Of a DNA stretch of 64,000 bases, positions 1-8,092 are shown in pieces. The notes under the pieces were generated by a model that was given only the letters and a program-made list of their open reading frames with translations, was not told the origin of the DNA and made no database searches. The DNA is from a virus. Position numbers and translations under genes: made by a program. Position 1 is the first letter of the stretch. Each line of letters begins with the position of its first letter. Where the stretch lies: positions 1-64,000 of IMG/VR virus record IMGVR_UViG_3300042987_004038; one strand, given 5' to 3'.

Positions 1-1
1 C

Positions 2-424
2 GGTGAGACTCACGTTCCGACGCTGCTGAAGAACTGCGACAAGCTCCGGGCCGCCAATCCGGGCAAGTCCTTCTTCCTCTTCGTCGACAGCCTCCAGTGC
101 ATGGACGACGGCCACTACCCGGACGGCCAGACCAACAGCAAGTCGGCCGAGCGGTCCCTGGCCCTGATGACCGACTGGGCGAAGGCGAACTTCACCAATC
201 CGGTCGTCATCGGACAGGTCACGAAGGGCGGACAGTTCCAGGGGTCCAACACCCTGAAGCACATGGTGGACACGATGATCCATCTGTCGATCGAGCGGAA
301 GGACCCGGACTTCTCGGGCTGCCGAATCCTCGAGACCGTCAAGAACCGGTTCGGAAGCTCCGGGTCCAAGGCCTACCTTGGTCTGACGGAGTCCGGCTTC
401 AAGATGGTCGGCCTCGTGAGCTGA
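2..424 (+). CDS. RadA/Sms-like RecA-superfamily ATPase, C-terminal part (5' truncated by window)
   Basis: Open from position 2; Walker B-like FLFVDSLQ, IGQVTKGGQFQGSNTLKHMVD and the RadA-type KNRFG motif. Confidence 0.75.
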   Translation, partial: GETHVPTLLKNCDKLRAANPGKSFFLFVDSLQCMDDGHYPDGQTNSKSAERSLALMTDWAKANFTNPVVIGQVTKGGQFQGSNTLKHMVDTMIHLSIERKDPDFSGCRILETVKNRFGSSGSKAYLGLTESGFKMVGLVS

Positions 425-492
425 CATCCTGGGCCCCGCCCGCCTCGTGTGTGGCGGGGCCACCGTGTTATGATGGGGGCATGGAGGCGGTC

Positions 493-672
493 ATGAAGCC
501 TGGTGATCTCGTCCGCATCAACTACGGTGCGCCCCAGTTCCGCGATGAGCTCCACGGCCAGATCGGCATCATCATCAGGCACATCGTTGGATACTCCTAC
601 GCTGTCTTTGTCGGAGGACAGTGTGTCCACTTCCACAAGCATGTCCTGGAGCCTGTCAATGAAAGCGGGTGA
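493..672 (+). CDS. Small SH3/KOW-like 'GDLV' family protein
   Basis: MKPGDLVRINYG...GQIGIII; RBS GGAGG at 483; promoter motif upstream. Confidence 0.7.
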   Translation: MKPGDLVRINYGAPQFRDELHGQIGIIIRHIVGYSYAVFVGGQCVHFHKHVLEPVNESG

Positions 673-838
673 TCTCGTGCGTTGCAAGATCTGGGGCAAG
701 ACGGGCCTCATCCTCGTCGCCCCGAAGAGCCACGGTTACGACAATCGCCCAGGCAAGCTCCTCAAGGTGCTTTGGTCGGATGGCACTCAAGCCATGGAGC
801 ATATCAACAACGTGGAGGTCATCAGTGAAGCCGGGTGA
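659..838 (+). CDS. Small SH3/KOW-like 'GDLV' family protein
   Basis: MKAGDLVRCKIWGKTGLIL...KVLWSDG; overlaps the previous gene by 14 nt. Confidence 0.7.
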   Translation: MKAGDLVRCKIWGKTGLILVAPKSHGYDNRPGKLLKVLWSDGTQAMEHINNVEVISEAG

Positions 839-1034
839 TCTGGTCGCAACCTACAAGTCTGAATGGTTCATCATCGACAAGGGCGAGCGGTGGGTGACGC
901 TGCCCGAGGATGATACACTGATCGTGCTTGATGCGAGGTATCATCTCCGTGCGGTCCATCCCATCCACGGGCCGGGTCACTTCCCAGGGATCAATCCCGA
1001 ATACAAGGCGCGGGTGATCAATGCAGCCGGGTGA
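825..1034 (+). CDS. Small 'GDLV' family protein (GTG start)
   Basis: (M)KPGDLVATYK; RBS GGAGG at 814; 14-nt overlap with the previous gene. Confidence 0.65.
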   Translation: MKPGDLVATYKSEWFIIDKGERWVTLPEDDTLIVLDARYHLRAVHPIHGPGHFPGINPEYKARVINAAG

Positions 1035-1215
1035 CCTCGTCCGGTTCTGGACGTCCATCAACGGCTGGGAGCACGCGCTCATCCTCGAGTTCGTGCCGCA
1101 CATGCAGGACGGACTGGAGGCGCTGGTCCTCAGAGCTGATGGGCGACAGGTGTTCAAACGACCCGACGACCTGGAGGTGGTGCGTGAAGAAAGAAGTGCC
1201 CACGCTGGTGGGTGA
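1021..1215 (+). CDS. Small 'GDLV' family protein
   Basis: MQPGDLVRFW...DLEVV; 14-nt overlap with the previous gene. Confidence 0.7.
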   Translation: MQPGDLVRFWTSINGWEHALILEFVPHMQDGLEALVLRADGRQVFKRPDDLEVVREERSAHAGG

Positions 1216-1444
1216 GCTCTACACCGTCCATGCCCCGATCTCGGGCTACTGCTACGCGTGGCCCCCAGGCGGTGTGTCGGTCGACCTCAAGCACGGCGAC
1301 AAGGTGCTCTACCTGGGCAAGGATCTGACGCAGAGCGCACAGCGGAACCAGCCCATCTGCGCGGTCCTCACCCACAAGGGGCGCCTCTTCATGGACCAGC
1401 GGTGGCTGGCACACGTGCCCGCTGCGGGCGATGGTGTAGAATAG
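1184..1444 (+). CDS. Small SH3-like hypothetical protein (GTG start)
   Basis: RBS GGAGG at 1173; LVGELYTV...LKHGDKVLYLG. Confidence 0.6.
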   Translation: MKKEVPTLVGELYTVHAPISGYCYAWPPGGVSVDLKHGDKVLYLGKDLTQSAQRNQPICAVLTHKGRLFMDQRWLAHVPAAGDGVE

Positions 1445-1457
1445 GGAAGCGGAGGCA

Positions 1458-1670
1458 ATGATGCACAGCTGGCAGTCTGGTGATCTCGTCCAGATCAAGC
1501 GGGGCGTCACGGGCACAGGTGACGTTGGGATGGTCGTCGGCCCCTCGGTGGCGTTCTACATGAACTCAAGCGTGACGCTGCTTGCTGTCCTCTTCAGCGA
1601 CGGCATGCGTTCAGTCCACCCAGGTAACCTGCAGAAGCCGGACGGTAGGACCCGCAGGGCAAGCCGGTGA
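1458..1670 (+). CDS. Small 'GDLV' family protein
   Basis: WQSGDLVQIKRG...GMVV...VLFSDG; promoter and RBS upstream. Confidence 0.7.
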   Translation: MMHSWQSGDLVQIKRGVTGTGDVGMVVGPSVAFYMNSSVTLLAVLFSDGMRSVHPGNLQKPDGRTRRASR

Positions 1671-1879
1671 AGAAGGGCGACCTCGTACAGATCCGTGTCG
1701 GGTGCGGTGACGAGGGCCGTGTCGGTGTCCTAATGCATGATGCCGGGACGCCCTTCACCCACTGCATGGTGCTCTTCCCAGAGGGTATGATGGGGATTAA
1801 CAGGTACTGGCTAGATGTGCTCGACACCCGTGCAAGGGACGACTCGCGTGATATGATAAGCATACCCAAGGAGGCATGA
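1667..1879 (+). CDS. Small 'GDLV' family protein
   Basis: (M)KKGDLVQIRVG...VGVL...VLFPEG; GTGA overlap. Confidence 0.7.
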   Translation: MKKGDLVQIRVGCGDEGRVGVLMHDAGTPFTHCMVLFPEGMMGINRYWLDVLDTRARDDSRDMISIPKEA

Positions 1880-2595
1880 TGGAAGGTTGGGATCTCGAGA
1901 AGGTGAAGGAGCTGAAGGCGCAGTACGAGGCTGCGGGTGTCACCTCGACCTCGTCCTACCACTTCCTCAGCTCGATCGTGCAGGCGGGCACACCGCCCCG
2001 CGGCCGTGGGATCGGGTGGCTCCAGCAGCTCCTTGCCCAGGGATCTCCGGGCGACATCAGGTCTGTGATTGCCAGGGCGGAGCACCTTCACAAGGAGGTC
2101 TTCACCGCCGACCTCGAGCGGATCATCCAGATGATCAAGAGCAGCGGGCGGGTCGAGAAGTGGCAGCACGAGAAGATCGACGCGGTTGAGGCTGCGCTCG
2201 AGAAGGGATGGATCGAGGTGACGCCTGAACAGCTCACTGTCCTGCGGCAGATTCAGGAGGTCGCCAAAGGCCGCCACACCTGGTGGATGAATCGCGCTGC
2301 TCAGCACCGCAGGTTCATGCTCATCTACGGCGGCCTGTCCCAGAGCAACCGCATGCTGCAGGCCGACTTTGACTTTGTCACCGAGCTCTTCGGTCCCGCC
2401 TACCGTGAGCTCACCAAGCCAAGCTTCGCTGAGGGTGACCTCGTGAGGGTGAAGAGCCGGATGCCCCAGGTGATCCTGGGCGTGGTCACCTCCCCGCCCA
2501 GGGTGGTTGGTGATGATATCTGCTACGACATTCTCGCGGGTGACGTGGGCATCATCCCAGTGGCTCGGGACAAGCTCCTGAAGAGGCTCAAGTGA
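1876..2595 (+). CDS. Hypothetical protein with C-terminal SH3/KOW-like domain
   Basis: Helical N-terminus; C-terminal FAEGDLVRVKSR...LGVV; RBS AAGGAGG. Confidence 0.7.
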   Translation: MMEGWDLEKVKELKAQYEAAGVTSTSSYHFLSSIVQAGTPPRGRGIGWLQQLLAQGSPGDIRSVIARAEHLHKEVFTADLERIIQMIKSSGRVEKWQHEKIDAVEAALEKGWIEVTPEQLTVLRQIQEVAKGRHTWWMNRAAQHRRFMLIYGGLSQSNRMLQADFDFVTELFGPAYRELTKPSFAEGDLVRVKSRMPQVILGVVTSPPRVVGDDICYDILAGDVGIIPVARDKLLKRLK

Positions 2596-2861
2596 AAGAG
2601 GGTGCGCTGGTCTGGTTCGAGCTCCACCGCAATGAGTGGCACCCGGGGGTCGTGATCGGTTACCGCCCGCAGGTGCATGGCGGAAGCAGGTCGCAGTCAT
2701 ACTGGGAGGGATCCTACCGTGTGAATGAGTTCGTGACTGAGCCCATCCGCGGCTCGTGCCTCGTCCAGCTCCTCGACGGCGAGGGTGTAGGCTGGGTGGA
2801 CGAGCGGAGCCTCAGAACGCCAGAGGAGCACGAGATGGCGAGCGCCCAGGGTGCGAGCTAG
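2592..2861 (+). CDS. Small SH3/Tudor-like protein
   Basis: (M)KEGALVWFE...WHPGVVIG...WVDERSLR; GTGA overlap. Confidence 0.65.
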   Translation: MKEGALVWFELHRNEWHPGVVIGYRPQVHGGSRSQSYWEGSYRVNEFVTEPIRGSCLVQLLDGEGVGWVDERSLRTPEEHEMASAQGAS

Positions 2862-2946
2862 CGAGCGCTCAGCTTCTGCGCGATATCAAGCGCCCAGGGC
2901 ACTCGCTGTCTAGCGCCCGCCATCTTGCGCCCAGCATCTTGCGCCC
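2842..2946 (+). repeat. Iterated GCGCCC/GCGCTC boxes upstream of a cassette promoter
   Basis: Copies at 2842, 2865, 2890, 2913, 2927, 2941; the last three are 14 nt apart. Confidence 0.6.
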
Positions 2947-3000
2947 GTGCGCAGCGGGTTAATGCCTGTTACAATCTAAGGGCAAGGAGGCATAAACCAT

Positions 3001-3252
3001 ATGGGGCAGTGGTCAACCGGTTCCCAGGCGCGCACTGGCTCATTCTCTGAGCCCGCGGGCGGCGGCATCGCCGATGCCTCCAATGACGGCTACTACCACG
3101 TCTGGTTCTGGCCGGGCGGGAAGTCTGAATGTGAGTGCGCCGCCTTCCGGGTCTTCGGCAAGGGGTGCAAGCACATCACCGCGGTGAAGGAGTCGATCCG
3201 CAAGGGAGCCCCAGCTGAGGGGGTGATCTCCTTCTTCGGCGGCAGCAAGTGA
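3001..3252 (+). CDS. SWIM zinc-finger protein
   Basis: CECAAF...CKHI (CxCx(n)CxH); promoter and RBS upstream. Confidence 0.75.
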   Translation: MGQWSTGSQARTGSFSEPAGGGIADASNDGYYHVWFWPGGKSECECAAFRVFGKGCKHITAVKESIRKGAPAEGVISFFGGSK

Positions 3253-3591
3253 CGGGAAGGGCCGCGATTCAGACGCGGCCGATCGGATCACTCAGCTTTC
3301 AGCGCAGGGCGTCAGCTGCAGTCCCTCTGACGTCATCGTCAGCCTCGAGCTCACCCTTCCGCTGCCGCCACCGCAGCTCGCTCTTGACGGTCCCCTTGAA
3401 GGGTGACCTCTCTTCAGCACCTCTTCAGAAGGGCAGCTTGAAGTTGGCTAGTTTCGATGGCCCCTCCATCCTAGCCCCTGCGACCGAAGCCCGCACGACG
3501 GGCAGCTCGCCCACCGCCGCAGCTCGACACCCGTGCAAACCGCCCACCCCCATGGTATGATGGGCGGGCAACCAACCACACTGGAGAGACA

Positions 3592-3810
3592 ATGACCCCG
3601 ACCCCGTTCGAACAGGCAGCCCGCAACGGTGCCACCCTCTACGGCAACATGATCGCAGCCTACAGCGTGAACGCCCAGATCCACCAGCTCATGCAGGAGG
3701 AGGCTGAGCTCAACCGCCAGGGCGGCGGCGCTCCCGGATACTACGAGGTCGCCTCGATCGGCCTTCGCTGGTCTGAACTTACCACCGCTTTCACCTACGG
3801 GGAGGCTTAA
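3592..3810 (+). CDS. Hypothetical protein
   Basis: Promoter at 3532, RBS GGAG, high-GC3 codons. Confidence 0.65.
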   Translation: MTPTPFEQAARNGATLYGNMIAAYSVNAQIHQLMQEEAELNRQGGGAPGYYEVASIGLRWSELTTAFTYGEA

Positions 3811-3812
3811 TC

Positions 3813-3992
3813 ATGGGACCCATCTCTGCGCTCGCCGCCGTTGCGGGCATCTACACCTCCATGCTCTGGCTCACCGCTCGCCGTCTGAAGCAGGTGACCG
3901 AAGCCTTCGTCCGTCGCGAGGCTGAGATCGATGCGAAGGAGCAGGAGCTCCTCAAGAAGATGCACCAGAGCGCCCGCCCAAACGAGTTCTAA
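3813..3992 (+). CDS. 59-aa membrane-anchored coiled-coil peptide (not in ORF track)
   Basis: MGPISALAAVAGIYTSMLWLTARRLKQ...; RBS GGAGG at 3801. Confidence 0.6.
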   Translation: MGPISALAAVAGIYTSMLWLTARRLKQVTEAFVRREAEIDAKEQELLKKMHQSARPNEF

Positions 3993-4049
3993 TCGTGCGC
4001 GGCCCGGGTGCGGTGATACAATGGGCAGGCAACTAACCAAGGAGACAAC

Positions 4050-4214
4050 ATGAACACGATCATCCTCTTCCTCGTCGGCCTCTTCAACGTCGCGAAGGCC
4101 CCCACCCTCGAGGGCCACGTCTACACCGGCGGCCTCGAGGCGGAAGCGATCTACGTCCCGGCCGGCTGGGAAGGACCGGTCGTCGCCCTGCCCCTGGACG
4201 AGACGGTGTTCTAA
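4050..4214 (+). CDS. 54-aa protein with hydrophobic N-terminus (not in ORF track)
   Basis: MNTIILFLVGLFNVAKA...; promoter at 3994, RBS AAGGAG. Confidence 0.65.
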   Translation: MNTIILFLVGLFNVAKAPTLEGHVYTGGLEAEAIYVPAGWEGPVVALPLDETVF

Positions 4215-4264
4215 CCCGTGCGGGTCCTCCGCAACCTGATACAATATAGGAGCAAGGAGGAATC

Positions 4265-4468
4265 ATGGCACACACGAATCGCCACACGCTGAAGGCCACA
4301 GCGCTGAAGAAGCTTGACACCCTCAGGCTTCTCCGCGGCTTCGATCGAGCTGCCCACTTCGCCGCCGGTGGCACACCGGCCGACTGGCGGGGTGAGCACA
4401 GCGTCCGACCGGACAAGCGGCGGGAATCAAATCGGAAGGCATGCCGGGGTCCGGTCAAGGACCTCTAG
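4265..4468 (+). CDS. Small basic hypothetical protein
   Basis: Promoter at 4217, RBS AAGGAGG; K/R-rich. Confidence 0.7.
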   Translation: MAHTNRHTLKATALKKLDTLRLLRGFDRAAHFAAGGTPADWRGEHSVRPDKRRESNRKACRGPVKDL

Positions 4469-4569
4469 CACGCCACTCGGAGATGGCACGATCTGGAGAC
4501 CATATCGGCAATGCCGACGGTCGTGCGATCCCCTAGTTGCGTGGTAGAATAACGGGGCAAGGAGGCACA

Positions 4570-4920
4570 ATGGACTGCAAGCACTGCGGCATCGAGTTCA
4601 ATCCGGACACCCCTCAGAAGCGCTCGGTCGGCGGCCGGATCAACGAGTGCCCGGACTGTGTGGAAGAGCTGGGCACCGAGACAGCGGTCCCCTATGCGGG
4701 GGTCGCGGCGGGCGACGGAAAGGGCGTCGGCGTCACCGTCCTCGCCTTCGGGTCGAACAAGGACCGCGAGGCCTATGTGAAGGCGTGGCGATCCAACAGC
4801 GGACAGAACGTGGGCAAGGCCTGTCAGATGTCCAACAGTAATAGTTACATGGGCAATCTGAAGTTCAAGAAGGTGGGTGAGTCCGGCTCGATCGGAACGA
4901 ACCACAAGGGCCGCCTCTGA
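4570..4920 (+). CDS. Zinc-ribbon protein
   Basis: CKHC...CPDC; promoter at 4522, RBS AAGGAGG. Confidence 0.7.
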   Translation: MDCKHCGIEFNPDTPQKRSVGGRINECPDCVEELGTETAVPYAGVAAGDGKGVGVTVLAFGSNKDREAYVKAWRSNSGQNVGKACQMSNSNSYMGNLKFKKVGESGSIGTNHKGRL

Positions 4921-4970
4921 CCCGTGCGACGGACCGGTGCGGTGGTAGAATAACGAAGCAAGGAGGAATC

Positions 4971-5309
4971 ATGGAATACGTCACTCTCACTCGGGTCAAG
5001 GACCCCTCCAAGAACCGCTGGTTGGCGGCTGTCAGCCGAGACTACATGGTCCCGCGGAATGCCACTGTCTTCGCTGGATGGGGCCCCTACGACGACCGAA
5101 TCGCGGTCTGGGTGGGTGAGGACGGCAGGGGATTCGGGGCGATCGACAAGGACCCGGCGGGTTATGTCGAGCTCTCCGCTGCGATTGATCGCGGTGACCT
5201 CGACTTCGAGTCGAACCATCCGGGCGTCGATGAGTACGAGTTCGAGCCAGGCACCTTCGACCCTTCCGATGAGACCATCGAGTTCGAAGTGGGGTCCTCC
5301 CTCTTCTAG
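4971..5309 (+). CDS. Hypothetical protein with acidic C-terminus
   Basis: Promoter at 4923, RBS AAGGAGG. Confidence 0.7.
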   Translation: MEYVTLTRVKDPSKNRWLAAVSRDYMVPRNATVFAGWGPYDDRIAVWVGEDGRGFGAIDKDPAGYVELSAAIDRGDLDFESNHPGVDEYEFEPGTFDPSDETIEFEVGSSLF

Positions 5310-5366
5310 TCTCGTGCATCGAGACCGGTCAGTGATAGAATAACCAAGCCAACCAAGGAGATAACA

Positions 5367-5594
5367 ATGACCGTCGCTGAACTGATCAAGGAACTTCAGG
5401 CTCTCCCCGGCGACATGAAGGTCCAGGTCCTCGACTCGGAAAGGGGGGATCCCGAGGACATCGTCCAGGTCTCCCGGGGTTCCTGGGGCGGGCCGCTCGA
5501 CGACGACGAGGACCTCGACCTCGACAGCATGATGAACGGCGAGTTCATCCAGGACGACGAGAACGGTCAGATCGCGGTGCTCGTCATCTGGTGA
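5367..5594 (+). CDS. Small acidic 'MTVxELIxxL' type phage protein
   Basis: MTVAELIKELQALPGDMKV; N-terminus resembles 13805..14014. Confidence 0.7.
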   Translation: MTVAELIKELQALPGDMKVQVLDSERGDPEDIVQVSRGSWGGPLDDDEDLDLDSMMNGEFIQDDENGQIAVLVIW

Positions 5595-5673
5595 TCCCGT
5601 GCGACGGACCCAGACAGTGATACAATAATCAAGCAAGGCGGCGGTGATGGACACCGCCCTGGAGGACGGAATC

Positions 5674-5901
5674 ATGGATCAAGACATGGCTCAGCTCGCT
5701 GACATCCTCGTGGATTGGTGCGACATGGATCTCGAAGGTGACAGCTTCGCCGGGGCGAGCTCGACGGTCGTCGCCCAGACGATGGTCAAGTGCCTCGCCT
5801 TCACCCTGTCGCACGATCCGAATGCCCGCGAGGTCCTTGATCGGATCGTCCGCAAAGAGATGGCTGAGATCCGGGCTCGGTTCGAGGAATACGATCGCTG
5901 A
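5674..5901 (+). CDS. Hypothetical protein
   Basis: RBS GGAGG before ATG 5674; leader hairpin GGCGGTG/CACCGCC. Confidence 0.65.
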   Translation: MDQDMAQLADILVDWCDMDLEGDSFAGASSTVVAQTMVKCLAFTLSHDPNAREVLDRIVRKEMAEIRARFEEYDR

Positions 5902-5973
5902 TCCCGTGCGAATGAACGGGAACCTGGTACAATAATCAAGCCAATCACGGCAACAAACGAAAGGAAGGAAACA

Positions 5974-6297
5974 ATGGCCAAGGACATCAAGATCTCTGAC
6001 GTGACGGTGGTGGACGGAAAGGCGGTGGTCTTCGGCACGGTCGGTGACCAGTCGTTCCAGGCCTCCCAGCTCCAGTGGGGCGGCAAGGTCCTCATGCACG
6101 TCACCGGTGGGGACTTCGATCGTGGGACCCGGATCGCCATCGGACATGCGGCCAAGAAGGCCGTCCGTTCCCAGGGCATCGACCTCACCCCGGCCCCCCT
6201 CAAGCGCCCCCGGAAGGCGAAGGAGGCTGAGGTGGTCGCTTCGGAAGAGCCGGTGGTCCTCGCTGAGGTGACCTTTGAGGCGCAGATCGAGGGCTGA
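5974..6297 (+). CDS. MAKDI-family paralog 1
   Basis: Shares WGxKVLMHVxxxDxDRGTRIAIGHAAKKAV...LKRPRKA with 7566 and 12947. Confidence 0.8.
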   Translation: MAKDIKISDVTVVDGKAVVFGTVGDQSFQASQLQWGGKVLMHVTGGDFDRGTRIAIGHAAKKAVRSQGIDLTPAPLKRPRKAKEAEVVASEEPVVLAEVTFEAQIEG

Positions 6298-6330
6298 GCC
6301 CTTCAGGGCTAGGTGGGCGCTGGACATCCA

Positions 6331-6378
6331 GCGCTCATCTCGCGCCCAACTTATCGAGCGCCCGCCATCTAGCGCCCA
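6331..6378 (+). repeat. Second GCGCCC box array upstream of a cassette promoter
   Basis: Copies at 6331, 6342, 6358, 6372; AGCGCCCGCCATCTwGCGCCCAGC also at 2912. Confidence 0.6.
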
Positions 6379-6429
6379 GCTTCGTGCGCAGCGAATGGCC
6401 CGTGATACGATGAACAAGCAACGGAGGCA

Positions 6430-6729
6430 ATGATGCAGAAGGCTGTCGATATCGTGAAGGTGGTCCTCGCGCAGGAGATGGTCAAGATGGAGCTCGACGC
6501 CAACGTCGAGAAGATGGTGTACCGCGGCGGCCGGGACCCGGGCGGCTGGAGCAACGGGCTCGCGCTCGCCTGCGTCATTCACGAGGGCACCGGGCTCCCT
6601 AACGACTACAACCACCCTGACCCGTTCGGCTGGTGGGACCGCATCGGAAATGATGTGAGCAAGCTTCTCGGTGAGCGGGTCTATTTCGAGTGGATCAACG
6701 GCTGCGTCGCAGCGCTCTACAAGGTCTGA
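6430..6729 (+). CDS. Hypothetical protein
   Basis: Promoter at 6383, RBS GGAGG. Confidence 0.7.
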   Translation: MMQKAVDIVKVVLAQEMVKMELDANVEKMVYRGGRDPGGWSNGLALACVIHEGTGLPNDYNHPDPFGWWDRIGNDVSKLLGERVYFEWINGCVAALYKV

Positions 6730-6730
6730 T

Positions 6731-6880
6731 ATGTCAATAATCAATACGCTCTGTGCCATCATCGCTGCCGGTGTCGCAACCGGTCTCGCATTCTACGCCA
6801 CTGCCGCGCTGCTCGACGTCAGCTACCGCGTCATCGCGGCAGCCCTCGACCGTCGCCGCAGCGGGCCGCCGCCGCCCTAA
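6731..6880 (+). CDS. 49-aa single-pass membrane peptide
   Basis: MSIINTLCAIIAAGVATGLAFYATAALL; starts 1 nt after the previous stop. Confidence 0.5.
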   Translation: MSIINTLCAIIAAGVATGLAFYATAALLDVSYRVIAAALDRRRSGPPPP

Positions 6881-6968
6881 CCCTACACTGGGCGACCCGG
6901 CGGCGCACGCTGCAGCATCCCGTGCGGGCGGACCTGCAGATGGTATGATGGTGGGGCAAGGAGGCAAG

Positions 6969-7250
6969 ATGAAGACGAAGTCGATCGAGCAGTACCGGGC
7001 GGACTACAAGGACCTGCAGGACTTCTCGGCCCGCTTCGGGGTGAGCCCGGCGGACTTCAACGCCCGGGTGCGCAAGGCCCTCGGCCGCGGGACCCCGACC
7101 CCCCTCGCATGGACCCACCACGCCCGCACGGTGGCCGAGACCATCAGCGGCGGACGCTGCTGCCCGAAGGCGGTGGAGGTCCCGTGCTGCTGCATCGTCA
7201 GTTACAGCTGCCCCGACCACGGGGTCCGGTGCCGGGGCTCTCACGACTGA
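6969..7250 (+). CDS. Protein with Cys-rich metal-binding C-terminus
   Basis: CCPKAVEVPCCCIVSYSCPDHGVRCRGSHD; promoter at 6921. Confidence 0.7.
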   Translation: MKTKSIEQYRADYKDLQDFSARFGVSPADFNARVRKALGRGTPTPLAWTHHARTVAETISGGRCCPKAVEVPCCCIVSYSCPDHGVRCRGSHD

Positions 7251-7302
7251 GGCTCGTGCGGGCGGATGGCGTGGTGGTAGAATGACAGGGCAAGGAGGCA
7301 AC

Positions 7303-7497
7303 ATGGTCAACGTCACTCGGATCCGCTTCTTCCAGACCTCGGCCGACATCCGCGAGACGGTCCTCGCTGCGAAGGCCAAGTTCGAGGCCGAGCACCCCGG
7401 TCGCTGGGTGCTCCGCATGCCCACCATCGTCGCGGCCTCCCCGGGCGATGCTGATGGCAACCGCTGGGTCGACATCGAGCTCCGGTGGATCCGCTGA
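7303..7497 (+). CDS. Hypothetical protein
   Basis: Promoter at 7255, RBS AAGGAGG. Confidence 0.7.
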   Translation: MVNVTRIRFFQTSADIRETVLAAKAKFEAEHPGRWVLRMPTIVAASPGDADGNRWVDIELRWIR

Positions 7498-7565
7498 GCC
7501 CGTGCGGGCTGGGCGCCACCTGGTAGAATAACCAAGCCAACAACAACCAAACAAGGAAAGAACAA

Positions 7566-8003
7566 ATGGCCAAGGACATCACCATCTCCTCCGTCTCCTC
7601 CATCGATGGGGTCCCGACCGTGGTCGGCACCGCCGGCGGGGTCCCCTTCACCGCCACCCGCCTCCAGTGGGGCTCGAAGGTCCTCATGCACGTCGCGGCC
7701 CGCGACCTCGACCGCGGCACGCGAATCGCGGTGGGCCACGCCGCCAAGAAGGCGGTCCGTGAGGCCGGTCTGGACCTCGCCCCGGCCCCGCTCAAGCGGC
7801 CCCGCAAGGCGGCGGACCTCACGGTCACCGTGAAGGTCGAGCCGACCGAGCCCCAGATCGTGGACCTGGTCGTGGACCCGACCCCGGCGCACGAGGACCT
7901 CACCGCCCTGACGGTCCCCCAGCTGAAGGCCCGTGCGAAGGCCCGCGGCCTCAAGGGCTACTCCGACCTCAACAAGCCCCAGCTCCTCGCCCTCCTTGCC
8001 TAA
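7566..8003 (+). CDS. MAKDI-family paralog 2 with C-terminal Rho-N/HeH-like domain
   Basis: Family motif plus LTALTVPQLKARAKARGLKGYSDLNKPQLLALL. Confidence 0.8.
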   Translation: MAKDITISSVSSIDGVPTVVGTAGGVPFTATRLQWGSKVLMHVAARDLDRGTRIAVGHAAKKAVREAGLDLAPAPLKRPRKAADLTVTVKVEPTEPQIVDLVVDPTPAHEDLTALTVPQLKARAKARGLKGYSDLNKPQLLALLA

Positions 8004-8014
8004 GGGGAGCTGGG

Positions 8015-8042
8015 CCGGCCGCCCCGCAAGGGGCGGCCGTTT
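8015..8042 (+). terminator. GC-rich hairpin with GCAA tetraloop and short U tract
   Basis: CGGCCGCCCC-GCAA-GGGGCGGCCG-TTT. Confidence 0.6.
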
Positions 8043-8092
8043 CGTGCGGGCGGCGATGCGGATGGTACAATAATCAGGCCAAGGAGGACAGA

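Noticed and set aside
3249-3560. 103-aa ORF in the gap after the SWIM gene
   Set aside because: Ser/Ala/Pro-rich, atypical codons and it runs over the next promoter; treated as probably non-coding.
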